Notes under the pieces: model-generated
The model's database searches: none
The model's input: only the letters and a program-made list of their open reading frames with translations
What the model was told of the DNA's origin: nothing
In this document: positions 8,829 through 18,029 of the stretch, piece by piece
How the letters are laid out: each line of letters starts with the position of its first letter
Position numbering within the stretch: position 1 is the stretch's first letter
Position numbers and translations under genes: made by a program
Source: a virus
Lineage: Duplodnaviria > Caudoviricetes
Reading direction: 5' to 3' (one strand)
Length of the DNA: 64,000 nt
IMG/VR virus record: IMGVR_UViG_3300009095_000001
Span: 1 to 64,000 of that record

Positions 8829-11720
8829 ATGCAGCCACGAATCTACAAAGTCGTCACATTCTTTTGCGGGCTCGGAGCCTATACGCTCGGCACATTGCGT
8901 GCGCGCTCGAGGTCGGGCTCACGCTTCGAGTCGATCGGTGCGTTCGATCTCGATGAGCTCGCCTGCAAAGACTTTGAGCTGCTCACCGGTGCGATGGCGC
9001 AGGTCGTCGACCTCGGCAAGATCAAGCCGTGGCAGATGGCCAAGCGCTGCGAGGGCGTGCCGGACGTGGTCGTGATGAGTCCACCGTGCTTGCCACCCGA
9101 GGGGCTTGTGCACACTCGGGGCGGGCTCCGACGCATCGACAGCATAGCGCCGGAAGATTTGGTGCTGACCCACACCGGTCGCTACTGCCGCGTCGACAAG
9201 GTCAACCGCCGCCGGTACGTCGGCAAGCTCCACGGCATCCGCCTGAACGGAGCGCTCGAACCCCAGTGGTACACGGACGAGCACCCGATCTGGGCTCGGA
9301 CATACAAGCACAAGAAGCCGATGACGCGGCCCGAGTGGCGCGCGGCCGCGGACGTTCGACCTGGTGATCGGGTAGGGTTCCCCGTGCCCCGTGAGGTCCA
9401 GGGGACAGCCACGCACTTTGTCGGGCAGTGGGGCGACCCTCGCATTGCCGAGCGCGGCGGGCAGCCGTTCGTCACCAACAAGATCGCCGACCTCCGCGGC
9501 CTCGCGACGAAGCCGGACCTGTGGCTGATTCTCGGCATGTACATCGGCGACGGTCACCGCCGACCCGATCGCAACGAAGTGACTCTGAGCCTCGGCTCGA
9601 CGACGGGCCGGAAGTTTCGTTTGGCCTGCGACGCACTCGACCGGCTCGGGCTGTCTTACCGGGTCAACCTCGAGCAGGGCGAAGGGAACGCGCGCATCCG
9701 CATGGAGGGGCGACACCTTTGCTGGATGTGCGGCGAATTCGGCGATGGGGCGCTCAACAAACGCATCCCCGAATCGCTGCTGGGCCTCGAGTTGGACTTG
9801 CTCTCGTCGCTTCTACTCGGGCTCCGGCTCACGGATGGAACCGAACGCGAGCACGGCGGCTGGCGCTTGGCATCAATCTCCCGCCAGCTTCTGCTCGACG
9901 TGCAGCGAGCGTTGCTGCGGCTGGGTCAGTTCGGGTGCATCAGCCAGTGTGCCAAGGCTGGCACCGCCGTCATCGAAGGTCGCACCGTCAATACCAGCGA
10001 TCGGTTCGAGATCGAAGTGCGGGTGAACACGGTCCGCACCACCTACAAGTTCGAGGATGGCGTGGTCTGGCTGCGCGTGAAGTCGACCGAAGAGCGCGAC
10101 TACGACGGCGAGGTCTGGAACCTCGAAGTCGACGAGGATGACACCTACTGCTCGCCGCTGATCGCCACCCACAACTGCAAAGGCTTCTCCGGGTGCCTGC
10201 CGGAGAGCATGAGCAAGCAGGAGAAATACGAGGCGCTCAACAAGCTCGCCTACGACGCGGTGAGGCTCGCGGTCAAGTCTTGGCCCGGCCAGCTGCCCAA
10301 GCTGATCTTGTTGGAGAACGTGCCGCGCATGCTCAACCGCGGCGCGAAGTGGCTTGCTAAGGTCACCAAGCTGCTGCGCAAGCACGGCTACGAGATCAAC
10401 CTCGAGCCGCACGACTGTGGCGAATGGGGTGGGCTCGCACAAAAGCGCGAGCGCCTGCTGCTCGTCGCGCGCCTCAAGAGCGCCTGCCCGAGTTTCTTGC
10501 TGCGTCCGCCCAACCTCGGCTTGCGCCCCATGTCGAGCGTGCTGTGGCAGCTGCCGCCGCCCGTGCCGGGCTCGACCGCTGGCGGTCCGCACCACCGGTT
10601 ACCGAAGATCAACCGGCTCAACTGGCTACGGCTGGCCGGTGTCCGAGAGCGCGAGGACTGGCGCGGCATCCCGGCGCGCGTGCACCTGGTCGACGTCGAT
10701 CCGCGGATGGGCGGCAACACGACCAACCGCCAGACGGGCTTTTACGGCGTGTGTTCGAGCGACGATCCCTCGCACACCATCATCGCCCACGCACGTGCCG
10801 GTAATGCGAGCTGGGCGAGCGTGACGGACCCCCGGCTTGGCGATCGAGCATCACGGCAGAACGGCGGCTTCGGAGTCAACGATAGCGCGCTGCCGAGCCA
10901 CGCCGTGCTCGGCGAGGGCACCAGCCGCAACACGTTCTCGAGCGTCGCCGACGGGCGCGTGGAGCCTCGCTTCGCTGGCTGCATCAACACCGGCCCACTC
11001 GATCTAGGCGACGGCTCGGTCGACCCACGCAGCGCCTGTTCGCGCTTCGAGGACGCGATCGGAGTCAGCGCTGCAGAGCGCCCCTACAAGACGCCGGTGA
11101 TCGGCCACCAGCGGATCGAGAACAGCCCGAGCAGCGTCTGCGACCCGAGGATCTCGAAGCGGCACGCCGACAGTCTCGGCGTTCTCGACCCGAGCAAACC
11201 CAGTAAGGTCGTGCGCGGGCGCAGTAGCATCGACGTCGCCCCGGTCAGCGTCGCCGATGGCCGACAGCTCTTTCAGCCCACGCACGAGCTCGTCGCTGGC
11301 CAGCCATTGACGTGCGATCGAGAGGCGTGGGTCAATGGCGAGTTCTGGCTCGTCGGGCCCCCGGTCGAGATCGTCGAAGGCGCCCGCGGGACCCACATGA
11401 TCATCCGCGCGCCCGACGGGACCGTGCACCGGCCGATGACCACGGCCGAGTTGATGCTCTTGCAGAACATCCCGGTCTGGCATCGACCTGGCGATCCGAC
11501 GGAGCTCGAGATCGGTGACCCGAGTGGTCAGTGGGTCCAGCTCCAGGGCAGCGACAAGCTGGTGCGCGAGCATGTCGGCAACGCGGTGCCCGTCGCCACC
11601 GCGCAGGCGATCGGCGAGGTCATGCTCGAGCTGCTCGACCATGGCGCCAGCGAGGTCTACCAGCTGAGCCCCGCCGGCGTGTGGGTCCGCGAGCACGCGC
11701 TTGCTGGGGTCGCCGCGTGA
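8829..11720 (+). CDS. DNA (cytosine-5)-methyltransferase with intein
   Basis: FFCGLG (motif I), SPP|C (motif IV split by intein), LENVPR (VI), QKRER (VIII), VGNAVPV (X). Confidence 0.93.
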   Translation: MQPRIYKVVTFFCGLGAYTLGTLRARSRSGSRFESIGAFDLDELACKDFELLTGAMAQVVDLGKIKPWQMAKRCEGVPDVVVMSPPCLPPEGLVHTRGGLRRIDSIAPEDLVLTHTGRYCRVDKVNRRRYVGKLHGIRLNGALEPQWYTDEHPIWARTYKHKKPMTRPEWRAAADVRPGDRVGFPVPREVQGTATHFVGQWGDPRIAERGGQPFVTNKIADLRGLATKPDLWLILGMYIGDGHRRPDRNEVTLSLGSTTGRKFRLACDALDRLGLSYRVNLEQGEGNARIRMEGRHLCWMCGEFGDGALNKRIPESLLGLELDLLSSLLLGLRLTDGTEREHGGWRLASISRQLLLDVQRALLRLGQFGCISQCAKAGTAVIEGRTVNTSDRFEIEVRVNTVRTTYKFEDGVVWLRVKSTEERDYDGEVWNLEVDEDDTYCSPLIATHNCKGFSGCLPESMSKQEKYEALNKLAYDAVRLAVKSWPGQLPKLILLENVPRMLNRGAKWLAKVTKLLRKHGYEINLEPHDCGEWGGLAQKRERLLLVARLKSACPSFLLRPPNLGLRPMSSVLWQLPPPVPGSTAGGPHHRLPKINRLNWLRLAGVREREDWRGIPARVHLVDVDPRMGGNTTNRQTGFYGVCSSDDPSHTIIAHARAGNASWASVTDPRLGDRASRQNGGFGVNDSALPSHAVLGEGTSRNTFSSVADGRVEPRFAGCINTGPLDLGDGSVDPRSACSRFEDAIGVSAAERPYKTPVIGHQRIENSPSSVCDPRISKRHADSLGVLDPSKPSKVVRGRSSIDVAPVSVADGRQLFQPTHELVAGQPLTCDREAWVNGEFWLVGPPVEIVEGARGTHMIIRAPDGTVHRPMTTAELMLLQNIPVWHRPGDPTELEIGDPSGQWVQLQGSDKLVREHVGNAVPVATAQAIGEVMLELLDHGASEVYQLSPAGVWVREHALAGVAA
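9087..10175 (+). mobile_element. intein with LAGLIDADG homing endonuclease (363 aa)
   Basis: starts CLPPEGLVHT, block B YTDEHPIW, LGMYIGDG and LGLRLTDG endonuclease motifs, VWNLEVDEDDTY, ends THN followed by C. Confidence 0.93.
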
Positions 11721-11786
11721 ATGCGATCGAGCACTGGGCGATCGAACGCGACCAGCTAGGGGGCGCCGGTCCAAGCGGGTGCCGTT

Positions 11787-12293
11787 GTGATTGACGTGCT
11801 CCTGATCCGAGGCGCGCCGGGGTCCGGCAAGTCGACGCTGGCCGCAGCGCTTCGCGAGAGCCTCTACAGCGGGGCGACGATCGAGGTTGATCAGCTGCGC
11901 GGGCTGGTGATCCGCTGCGACTGGGGCGATCGCCGGACTCACGCGGCCGCGGTCGGCATGGCGTGCTCGGGCGCGCGCGAGCTGGTCCGCGCGGGCGCGC
12001 GGCCGGTGGTGATCGTCGACACCTTCGCGGGCTTGCTCCCGACGGCCACGGCCAAGCTCGCGGGGTTGCGGTGGTCGGCGCTCTCGCTGTGGATCGAGCC
12101 CGCCGAGCTCGGGCGCAGGCTCGAGGCACGGACGCGCGGGTACAAGGATATCGCGGGCGCGCTCGAGGTGAATGCCTCGCTCCGGCGCGTGGCGATCGAT
12201 GCGACCGGGCTCGAGATCGGCGAGCTGGTCGAGGTGGCGCTCACTCGCGTGCATGGAATGACGACGGCGCAGCGACGCTTGTTGCCCGCGTGA
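11787..12293 (+). CDS. P-loop kinase (AAA_33/nucleotide kinase-like)
   Basis: LLIRGAPGSGKSTLA, IEVDQLR, VVIVD. Confidence 0.75.
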   Translation: MIDVLLIRGAPGSGKSTLAAALRESLYSGATIEVDQLRGLVIRCDWGDRRTHAAAVGMACSGARELVRAGARPVVIVDTFAGLLPTATAKLAGLRWSALSLWIEPAELGRRLEARTRGYKDIAGALEVNASLRRVAIDATGLEIGELVEVALTRVHGMTTAQRRLLPA

Positions 12294-12922
12294 GTGACCA
12301 AACTGAACCCAAGAGCTACGCGGGCGTGATGGACCACGCGCTGCACATCGCCGAAGTGGCGCTCTACTTCGGGCAAGTGGAGCGCGCGACTCAGCACCCG
12401 GATGGCCGACCCGAGAGCGACGCCACGCACACGCTGATGCTGGCCTTGATCGCGCTCGAGCTGGCCCCTCCTGAGCTCGACCGCGGCAAGCTGCTGGCGG
12501 CCGTGATCGTGCACGACTTGCCCGAGTGGCATCCGAGCGTGCAGGACACAAACACCGCGTGGGGGCTCTCGGAGTACGAGCGCGAGGCCAAGGCTTCGCG
12601 CGAGCGCTGGGCGGTCGAGAGGCTGCGCGACCGTGGTCTGCACTCGATCGTCGCGCTGATCGAGGACTACGAACGCCAGGACTCGCCGGAGTCGCGGTGG
12701 GTTCGCTACGTGGACAAGGTCATGCCCAAGCTGACGCACTTGCTCAACGGTGGCGCGGCTCTGCGGGCGATCGGCATGACGCGCGCGGACATGCTGGAGA
12801 AGCACGCCGAGCAAGGCCGCGAGCTGCAGGAGCGGTATCCCGAGCAGGACCACGCGCGCATGCTGTTCGACGCCGCGTGCCGTCGCTGCGAGTCGACGCT
12901 GCTGCGCGAGGGCGAGGGATGA
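12290..12922 (+). CDS. HD-domain phosphohydrolase (YfbR/5'-deoxynucleotidase-like)
   Basis: ESDATH..VHDLPE..YERQDSPESRWVRYVDK; GTG start overlapping upstream stop. Confidence 0.8.
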   Translation: MSDQTEPKSYAGVMDHALHIAEVALYFGQVERATQHPDGRPESDATHTLMLALIALELAPPELDRGKLLAAVIVHDLPEWHPSVQDTNTAWGLSEYEREAKASRERWAVERLRDRGLHSIVALIEDYERQDSPESRWVRYVDKVMPKLTHLLNGGAALRAIGMTRADMLEKHAEQGRELQERYPEQDHARMLFDAACRRCESTLLREGEG

Positions 12923-13179
12923 TCATGCGAGTGACAGAAGCTCCCGCACCAACCACCGTGGGCTTCGAGCACGGAAGCCAACACGCCGAGTGCCAGCACG
13001 TCTGCCGGTACATCTACAAGGGCGAATGCTACGCGCACCACACCTACCACTGCCCGATCGAATGCCCGAGCGAGTGGTGCCCGTACTGCACCACCGACGC
13101 TTGCAAGACGCACGGCGACTTTGACCTGGTCGAGCGCTGCGACTGCGACGTGGTAGAGCGTCACGAGGATCGGCGATGA
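12919..13179 (+). CDS. small Cys/His-rich protein
   Basis: multiple C/H clusters, overlapping start/stop. Confidence 0.5.
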   Translation: MIMRVTEAPAPTTVGFEHGSQHAECQHVCRYIYKGECYAHHTYHCPIECPSEWCPYCTTDACKTHGDFDLVERCDCDVVERHEDRR

Positions 13180-13610
13180 CCCTCAAGCTTCACGTGCGAC
13201 CGACGCTGCGCTTTGCCTTCGCAGTCGAAGGTCGCAAGGCGTCGCTCACTCGCGTAGCCGCGTACCGTGGCGCTCGGCTGGCCGCGATCGCCAAGCGCTG
13301 CGAGTGCTACAACGGGACCGGAGCGCCCGACGATCCTCGCGAGGTCTGCGACTATCACAGCGCGCTCGAGGATGGTGGTGCGGGTGAGGCCGATCCTGAC
13401 TACGAGGAAGCTCAGCGACGGCTCAAGGTGCTCGATCGGCTGGTTGCCATCTACAAGGCCGAAGACAAGAAGGCGATCGCAGATCTCGAACGGCCCGCGC
13501 TCGATCTCTCGCACATGCGCCAGGATGAGCTCGAGATGATCCTGGTAGCGATCGACTGGCACCTGACCAACGGCGAACACAAGCCCGCGCGCAAGCGGAG
13601 GTCCAAGTGA
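13176..13610 (+). CDS. phage hypothetical protein
   Basis: ATGA/GTGA overlaps. Confidence 0.55.
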   Translation: MTLKLHVRPTLRFAFAVEGRKASLTRVAAYRGARLAAIAKRCECYNGTGAPDDPREVCDYHSALEDGGAGEADPDYEEAQRRLKVLDRLVAIYKAEDKKAIADLERPALDLSHMRQDELEMILVAIDWHLTNGEHKPARKRRSK

Positions 13611-13891
13611 TCACGACGATCGAACCCTTCCGAGTTGCGGCCTACCTGCGCTGGTGGGAGCGCCGGCCGTCGCGGTGGCTCGCGTTCGGCGATCCCAACC
13701 TCGAAGATCTGCCCGGCGCGCAGCTGTTCGACGCCGATGGTGAGGCGCATGCAGCCGCCGTCGAGTCCGGGCTGCTGGTCCGCGACACACGGCACGCGGC
13801 ATGGCAGATCAGCGGCCGCGGGCTCTGCTTCGTCCACAGGTACTACCGCACCGAGCCCGAGCAGCTCGGCTTGTTCGGGGGCTCGCCATGA
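13607..13891 (+). CDS. phage hypothetical protein
   Basis: overlapping start/stop, ends QLGLFG. Confidence 0.5.
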   Translation: MITTIEPFRVAAYLRWWERRPSRWLAFGDPNLEDLPGAQLFDADGEAHAAAVESGLLVRDTRHAAWQISGRGLCFVHRYYRTEPEQLGLFGGSP

Positions 13892-14991
13892 TCGCCACGA
13901 TCGAGCGCCGCGCGGTGCTGCATGCCGTCGCCGAAGCTGCGCGCATCGGGCCTGACGCGTTCCTGGCCCGCTACGGCTTCGCGCCCGGGACCCGCGACAC
14001 CGTCGAGGTCGGCGGGCTCGAGCTCCCGCCCAAGGCGGTGCTCGGCGTGGCCGCGGCCTACCAGCACGGCGGCGACCCGCTGCGCGCGAGCGAGTTCTCG
14101 GGCGGGCTCCGGGGCGCCGCGCGGCAGCTGGTCAACCTCGGCTTTCGCGTGTGGCGTGACGGCGAGCAGCTCACGCCCGACGACGTAGCGATCCCGCGGT
14201 GCCTCGCCCTGCGACCGCTCCGCGCCGACCTACGGCTCTACGTCTGCAGGCCGACCAGCGAGCTGTCCGTCGCCGCGTGCAAGCGCTTTGGTTTCGGGAC
14301 CCTGCTCAGCCCGCTCGAGGTCCGCACGACCAAGGCCGGCGACAAACGCATCCGGGACATGTCCGGCCACGTGTACCCGCTCGAGGGCCGACCCTACGTG
14401 CTGGATAATGGCGCGTGGGCGTGCTCCCAAGCGTCCGCGGACTGGCGAGGGCGGCCCATGGAAAAGCTGGTCGAGCGCCTCGGCGCGGGCGCGGAGTGGT
14501 TGGTGCTGCCCGACATTGTCAACGGCGGCGAGGCCTCGCTCGAGCGCTCGATCAGCTGGCTCACCGATCGCCGCAGCTGGCTCGCGGACCACGGTGTCGA
14601 CACGGTCGCGCTCGCGGTGCAAGACGGCATGACGGTCGAGCGGGTCCGCCCGTTGCTCGAGCAGCATGAGATCGGCGTGCTGTTCGTGGGCGGAAGCGCG
14701 GGTGTGGGGACGCCGAATTGGAAGTGGCAGACGCTACACGACTGGGCCGAGCTCGGCCTCGACCTTGGGATCCGCGTGCACGTCGGGCGCGTCAACGGCC
14801 TGCGCCGAGCGCTGCTTTGCCGCGACTTGGGCGTGAGCTCGATCGACGGCAGCTGCATCACCCAGTACAGCGTGAACGCGCCGAAGATGGCCAAGGCGCA
14901 CGACGACATTGATGCGCCGCGCGACGTCGAGGAAGCCCGCTACCGCTGCAAGCGGCGTCGTTTCGAGCTCGCGCTTGGGCGCCCGTTCTAG
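13888..14991 (+). CDS. fusion of ScoMcrA-like N-terminal head domain and TGT/DpdA-like transglycosylase domain
   Basis: N-term AVLHAVAE..GPDAFLARYGF..PKAVLGVA..PL..SEFSGG..LVNLGF; C-term VLDNGAW, LPDIV, AVQDG, LFVGGS, WK, VHVGRVN, SIDGS. Confidence 0.65.
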   Translation: MIATIERRAVLHAVAEAARIGPDAFLARYGFAPGTRDTVEVGGLELPPKAVLGVAAAYQHGGDPLRASEFSGGLRGAARQLVNLGFRVWRDGEQLTPDDVAIPRCLALRPLRADLRLYVCRPTSELSVAACKRFGFGTLLSPLEVRTTKAGDKRIRDMSGHVYPLEGRPYVLDNGAWACSQASADWRGRPMEKLVERLGAGAEWLVLPDIVNGGEASLERSISWLTDRRSWLADHGVDTVALAVQDGMTVERVRPLLEQHEIGVLFVGGSAGVGTPNWKWQTLHDWAELGLDLGIRVHVGRVNGLRRALLCRDLGVSSIDGSCITQYSVNAPKMAKAHDDIDAPRDVEEARYRCKRRRFELALGRPF

Positions 14992-15218
14992 GCCAGACCA
15001 ACCGCCACGGCGACGTGCCGGCCCACGTAGCGGCCGAACAGGTGCCACACCTCCCCGCGAGCCTTGACGACTGCGAAGGCCTGTTGAGCGTTCGCGATGC
15101 GTCGACGGCTTGACGGAAGGTGCGGCAGCGGGACTGCGGGGATCCGGCGCTGGCCGACCACGTGCACCGATCGCGCGAGGTGGGGCAGGAGACAGCGGCG
15201 GTAGTTCGGGGCGGTCAC
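14988..15218 (-). CDS. small hypothetical protein downstream of ardC
   Basis: GTG start preceded by TATCTT-N6. Confidence 0.4.
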   Translation of the reverse strand: MTAPNYRRCLLPHLARSVHVVGQRRIPAVPLPHLPSSRRRIANAQQAFAVVKARGEVWHLFGRYVGRHVAVAVGLA

Positions 15219-15276
15219 ACCAACAAGATAGCGGGTGATCGCGGGCCGGCATTATCCGGCCCGGATCATGTGCGGG

Positions 15277-16152
15277 TCAGGCCGCTGCCGATCGCTCGCC
15301 GCCGGTCCTGCGCTTGGCCAGTACGTGATCGGCGGCGCGCTGGCCCTGCGAGGCCGCCCAGGTCAGGAGCCTGGGATCCTCGCGGATCTTGCTTGCCCAG
15401 TGCGCCAGGTAGGCCGCGGACTGCTCGACTTCCCAGCCGTCGACGATCCCCGCGTGCGCGCGCAGGAACGCGGCGGCAAACTCCGCAACCAGCTCCTCAC
15501 GCGCGTAGGAGTGATCGCGGCCGAGCACCTTGAGGTCACGATCGAGCCGCGACGGGTGACCGGTCGAGTGCCCGATCTCGTGAAACAGCGTCGAGTAGTA
15601 GGCTTCCGGCGTCGTGAAGCGCCCGAGCGCGGGCATGGTGATCGAGTCCTCGCAGGGCGTGTAGTAGGCCGACCCGCCGACGCGCAGCGCGGGCCCGCTC
15701 GCGAGGTAGTCGGCGACCAGCTGCTCCGCCGCGGCGATCGGCTCGATCGTGGTCTCGGGTTCGTCGAAGGCGAGGCCGTCGATCTGGTCGAGATTGAACA
15801 CCGTTGCGCGCTTGGCCATGAGGTAGTCGGCGTCCTGGCCCTCGCGCGGGTTCTTGCGGGTGACAGGCTTCATAATCAGGATGCGCGTGCCCTTCTCGCC
15901 CTTGCGAACATGGCCGCCCATCGCCTGCGCTTGCTTGTAGGTCAGGTATTCGACGCAGGAGAAGCCGCGCTCCCATGCGGCGCACATCAGGATCGCCCAG
16001 TTGACGCCGGTGTAGGCCCGGCCCGTCGACGGGTTGCGGGGCAGCCCACCACCGCGGCCCCGCCATGGCTTGCGCCACGGTGCGACGCCGCGCTCCAAGG
16101 CACTGGCGATCTGGTCTGCGATTTCAGCGTAGATATCAGCGTGTCCGGTCAT
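15277..16152 (-). CDS. ardC: ArdC-family antirestriction protein (ssDNA-binding plus zincin-like domain)
   Basis: LERGVAPWRKPW, PRNPSTGRAYTGVN, TYKQA..GGHVRKGEKG, VFNLDQ, YYSTLFHEIGHSTGH, YAREELVAE. Confidence 0.92.
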   Translation of the reverse strand: MTGHADIYAEIADQIASALERGVAPWRKPWRGRGGGLPRNPSTGRAYTGVNWAILMCAAWERGFSCVEYLTYKQAQAMGGHVRKGEKGTRILIMKPVTRKNPREGQDADYLMAKRATVFNLDQIDGLAFDEPETTIEPIAAAEQLVADYLASGPALRVGGSAYYTPCEDSITMPALGRFTTPEAYYSTLFHEIGHSTGHPSRLDRDLKVLGRDHSYAREELVAEFAAAFLRAHAGIVDGWEVEQSAAYLAHWASKIREDPRLLTWAASQGQRAADHVLAKRRTGGERSAAA

Positions 16153-16244
16153 GCTCAGTAGACCGAGCGGGCCCGCGGAATATGCCAGCGTTCGGGCCGG
16201 AAAGTCGCCCATTATCCGCGCCAGACAACGTGCGCTGATGGGAC

Positions 16245-16273
16245 TTGCATGTTAGTCCGGTTAGGACTATATC
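16245..16273 (+). promoter_or_regulatory. sigma70-type promoter with palindromic operator A (copy 1)
   Basis: TTGCAT-gt-TAGTCC-ggtta-GGACTA-tatc; 17-bp spacer to TATATC. Confidence 0.7.
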
Positions 16274-16296
16274 TCTACTCGTCAATGGGGAACGCC

Positions 16297-16530
16297 ATGC
16301 ACGACCAGCTCGCACTCTACTACTTCTACATGGGCATGATGGCCGGTGCCCAGATGGCCGGTGCCCAGCCATACACCTGCACCCGCGCGCAGGGGAACAA
16401 GATCAAGTACCTGGCGATTGCGGAGAGCGAGCGCGAGGGCGACGGCGGGGTCAACCCGCCGCCCCGGCGCAAGCGCGAACACCCGCAGATCACCGACGCC
16501 AAGCGGTTCGGCACCTACAAGGGAAAGTGA
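16297..16530 (+). CDS. small hypothetical protein
   Basis: first gene after operator A copy 1; contains 15-bp tandem duplication (MAGAQ x2). Confidence 0.5.
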   Translation: MHDQLALYYFYMGMMAGAQMAGAQPYTCTRAQGNKIKYLAIAESEREGDGGVNPPPRRKREHPQITDAKRFGTYKGK

Positions 16531-16539
16531 GCACCCACC

Positions 16540-16782
16540 ATGGCTGAGAGCATCTTCGATACCCTGCGCCAGCTCGGCGCGACCGTGGACGTTCGCCGCG
16601 TCGACGGTGACGGCGGGCTTGCGCTCGTCGGCCCCACCGGCTCGCGCGTCGCCGTGGAGGTCTACCACGACGCGCGCAGCTGGGCGGCGAACCTCGACTC
16701 CGAGGCGGGCGGGCACGCGCGGCTCGACGCCGCCCAGCCGGACACCGTCGCGGCCCTGGTCCGCGGGATGGGGGCGCTGTGA
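16540..16782 (+). CDS. small hypothetical protein
   Basis: compact ORF in operon. Confidence 0.5.
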   Translation: MAESIFDTLRQLGATVDVRRVDGDGGLALVGPTGSRVAVEVYHDARSWAANLDSEAGGHARLDAAQPDTVAALVRGMGAL

Positions 16783-17126
16783 TGGACGTCGAGCTCGAGG
16801 ATGCGATCGAAGCGCTCCGGCACGCGCTGGGCATGGACGCGAATCAATCGGCCGCGGCGGTTGTGCGCACGGCCGCGCTGGTCATCAAACACAACAAGCC
16901 CGCCGAGGTCGCGGACCCCAACGGCTGGCGCGAATACGATCGGAGCAACTATGGATGAGCAAATCACCCTCACTCTCGTGCAGTCGCAAGGCCCGGACGG
17001 ACGCTATGCCAAGCTCAAGGTCCACGGTCCCGACGGCGAGACCACGATCGCTCTCTCGCACGAGCAACTCGGACGCCTTATCAGCGGCATCGCCATCGAA
17101 GCGACCGGCCACAGGAGCACGCGTCG

Positions 17127-18029
17127 ATGACCGAGCCCGCAGATAGCTACACGTCGATCGCCCGACTGGGCCACGCCCCAGTGCACTGCGAAGTGCTCAC
17201 CGGCCGGCTCCACATGGGCGGGCAGTGCTGGGGCGCCGTCGCCCTGGTCGAGATTCGCCTGCTCGGCAAGGCGGCACCACGGTGCCAGGGTCACGCGGGC
17301 GTGGTCTACCGTGCCGAGCCGCGGCCGAAGCTCTCCGAGATGCTGCGCAAGCGCCTGGCCATGGCCGAGCGCGGGCTCGCGTCGATCGGCTGGCGGATCG
17401 TCGATCTCGACGTGGACGCGACCGCGGGCACTGGGCGCGCGGAGTTCAAGTCGAGCGAGGGTCGAGTGCTGCGCGTGGTCGCGGACCAGCGCGGGGCGAT
17501 GCTCGAGCGCGATCAGGAGCGGACGGTGCAGGTTCCCGCTAGCGAGCTGCCGCTGAGCGGACACCCGAAGCACCGCGGCGGGCCCGTTGCCGAGGTCCGT
17601 CGCGAGTTCTTGGGGCGCGAGCGCGTCGCGGACTTCCCCACAGCGATGCGCGAAGCGGTGGTCTATATGCTCGACAACCGACCCGCGGCGCTCGGGCAGG
17701 GTGGCCAGCCCACCGCCCGCCAAGGTCACCTCACTCGCGCGGCCGCTGGCTTGCTCGCGCGCGCGGTGGCTCCGATCTCGCCCAAGCTCCCGCCGTCCGA
17801 GCCGCGCCGCGAGGCTGAGCTCACCCCCATGCGCGAGGACTGGCTCGCCGACTGCGACCACGTCTGCTGCCAGGGCGACGGCTGGGATCCCTACATCCCG
17901 TCGGTGACCGCGAGCGACTGCTACGGCCGGCGGTGGGTCGCTACCAGCGGCACGATCGAGCGCGGTCGCGGGGTTCATCGCGAGGGCACCTACTCTCGCG
18001 GACCGGAGGGCAACCGTGTCGACGCGTGA
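17127..18029 (+). CDS. phage hypothetical protein
   Basis: 300-aa ORF with ATGA overlap. Confidence 0.55.
   Translation: MTEPADSYTSIARLGHAPVHCEVLTGRLHMGGQCWGAVALVEIRLLGKAAPRCQGHAGVVYRAEPRPKLSEMLRKRLAMAERGLASIGWRIVDLDVDATAGTGRAEFKSSEGRVLRVVADQRGAMLERDQERTVQVPASELPLSGHPKHRGGPVAEVRREFLGRERVADFPTAMREAVVYMLDNRPAALGQGGQPTARQGHLTRAAAGLLARAVAPISPKLPPSEPRREAELTPMREDWLADCDHVCCQGDGWDPYIPSVTASDCYGRRWVATSGTIERGRGVHREGTYSRGPEGNRVDA

Noticed and set aside
16338-16368. 15-bp tandem duplication as a phase-variation element
   Set aside because: Only two in-frame copies; likely a neutral slippage event
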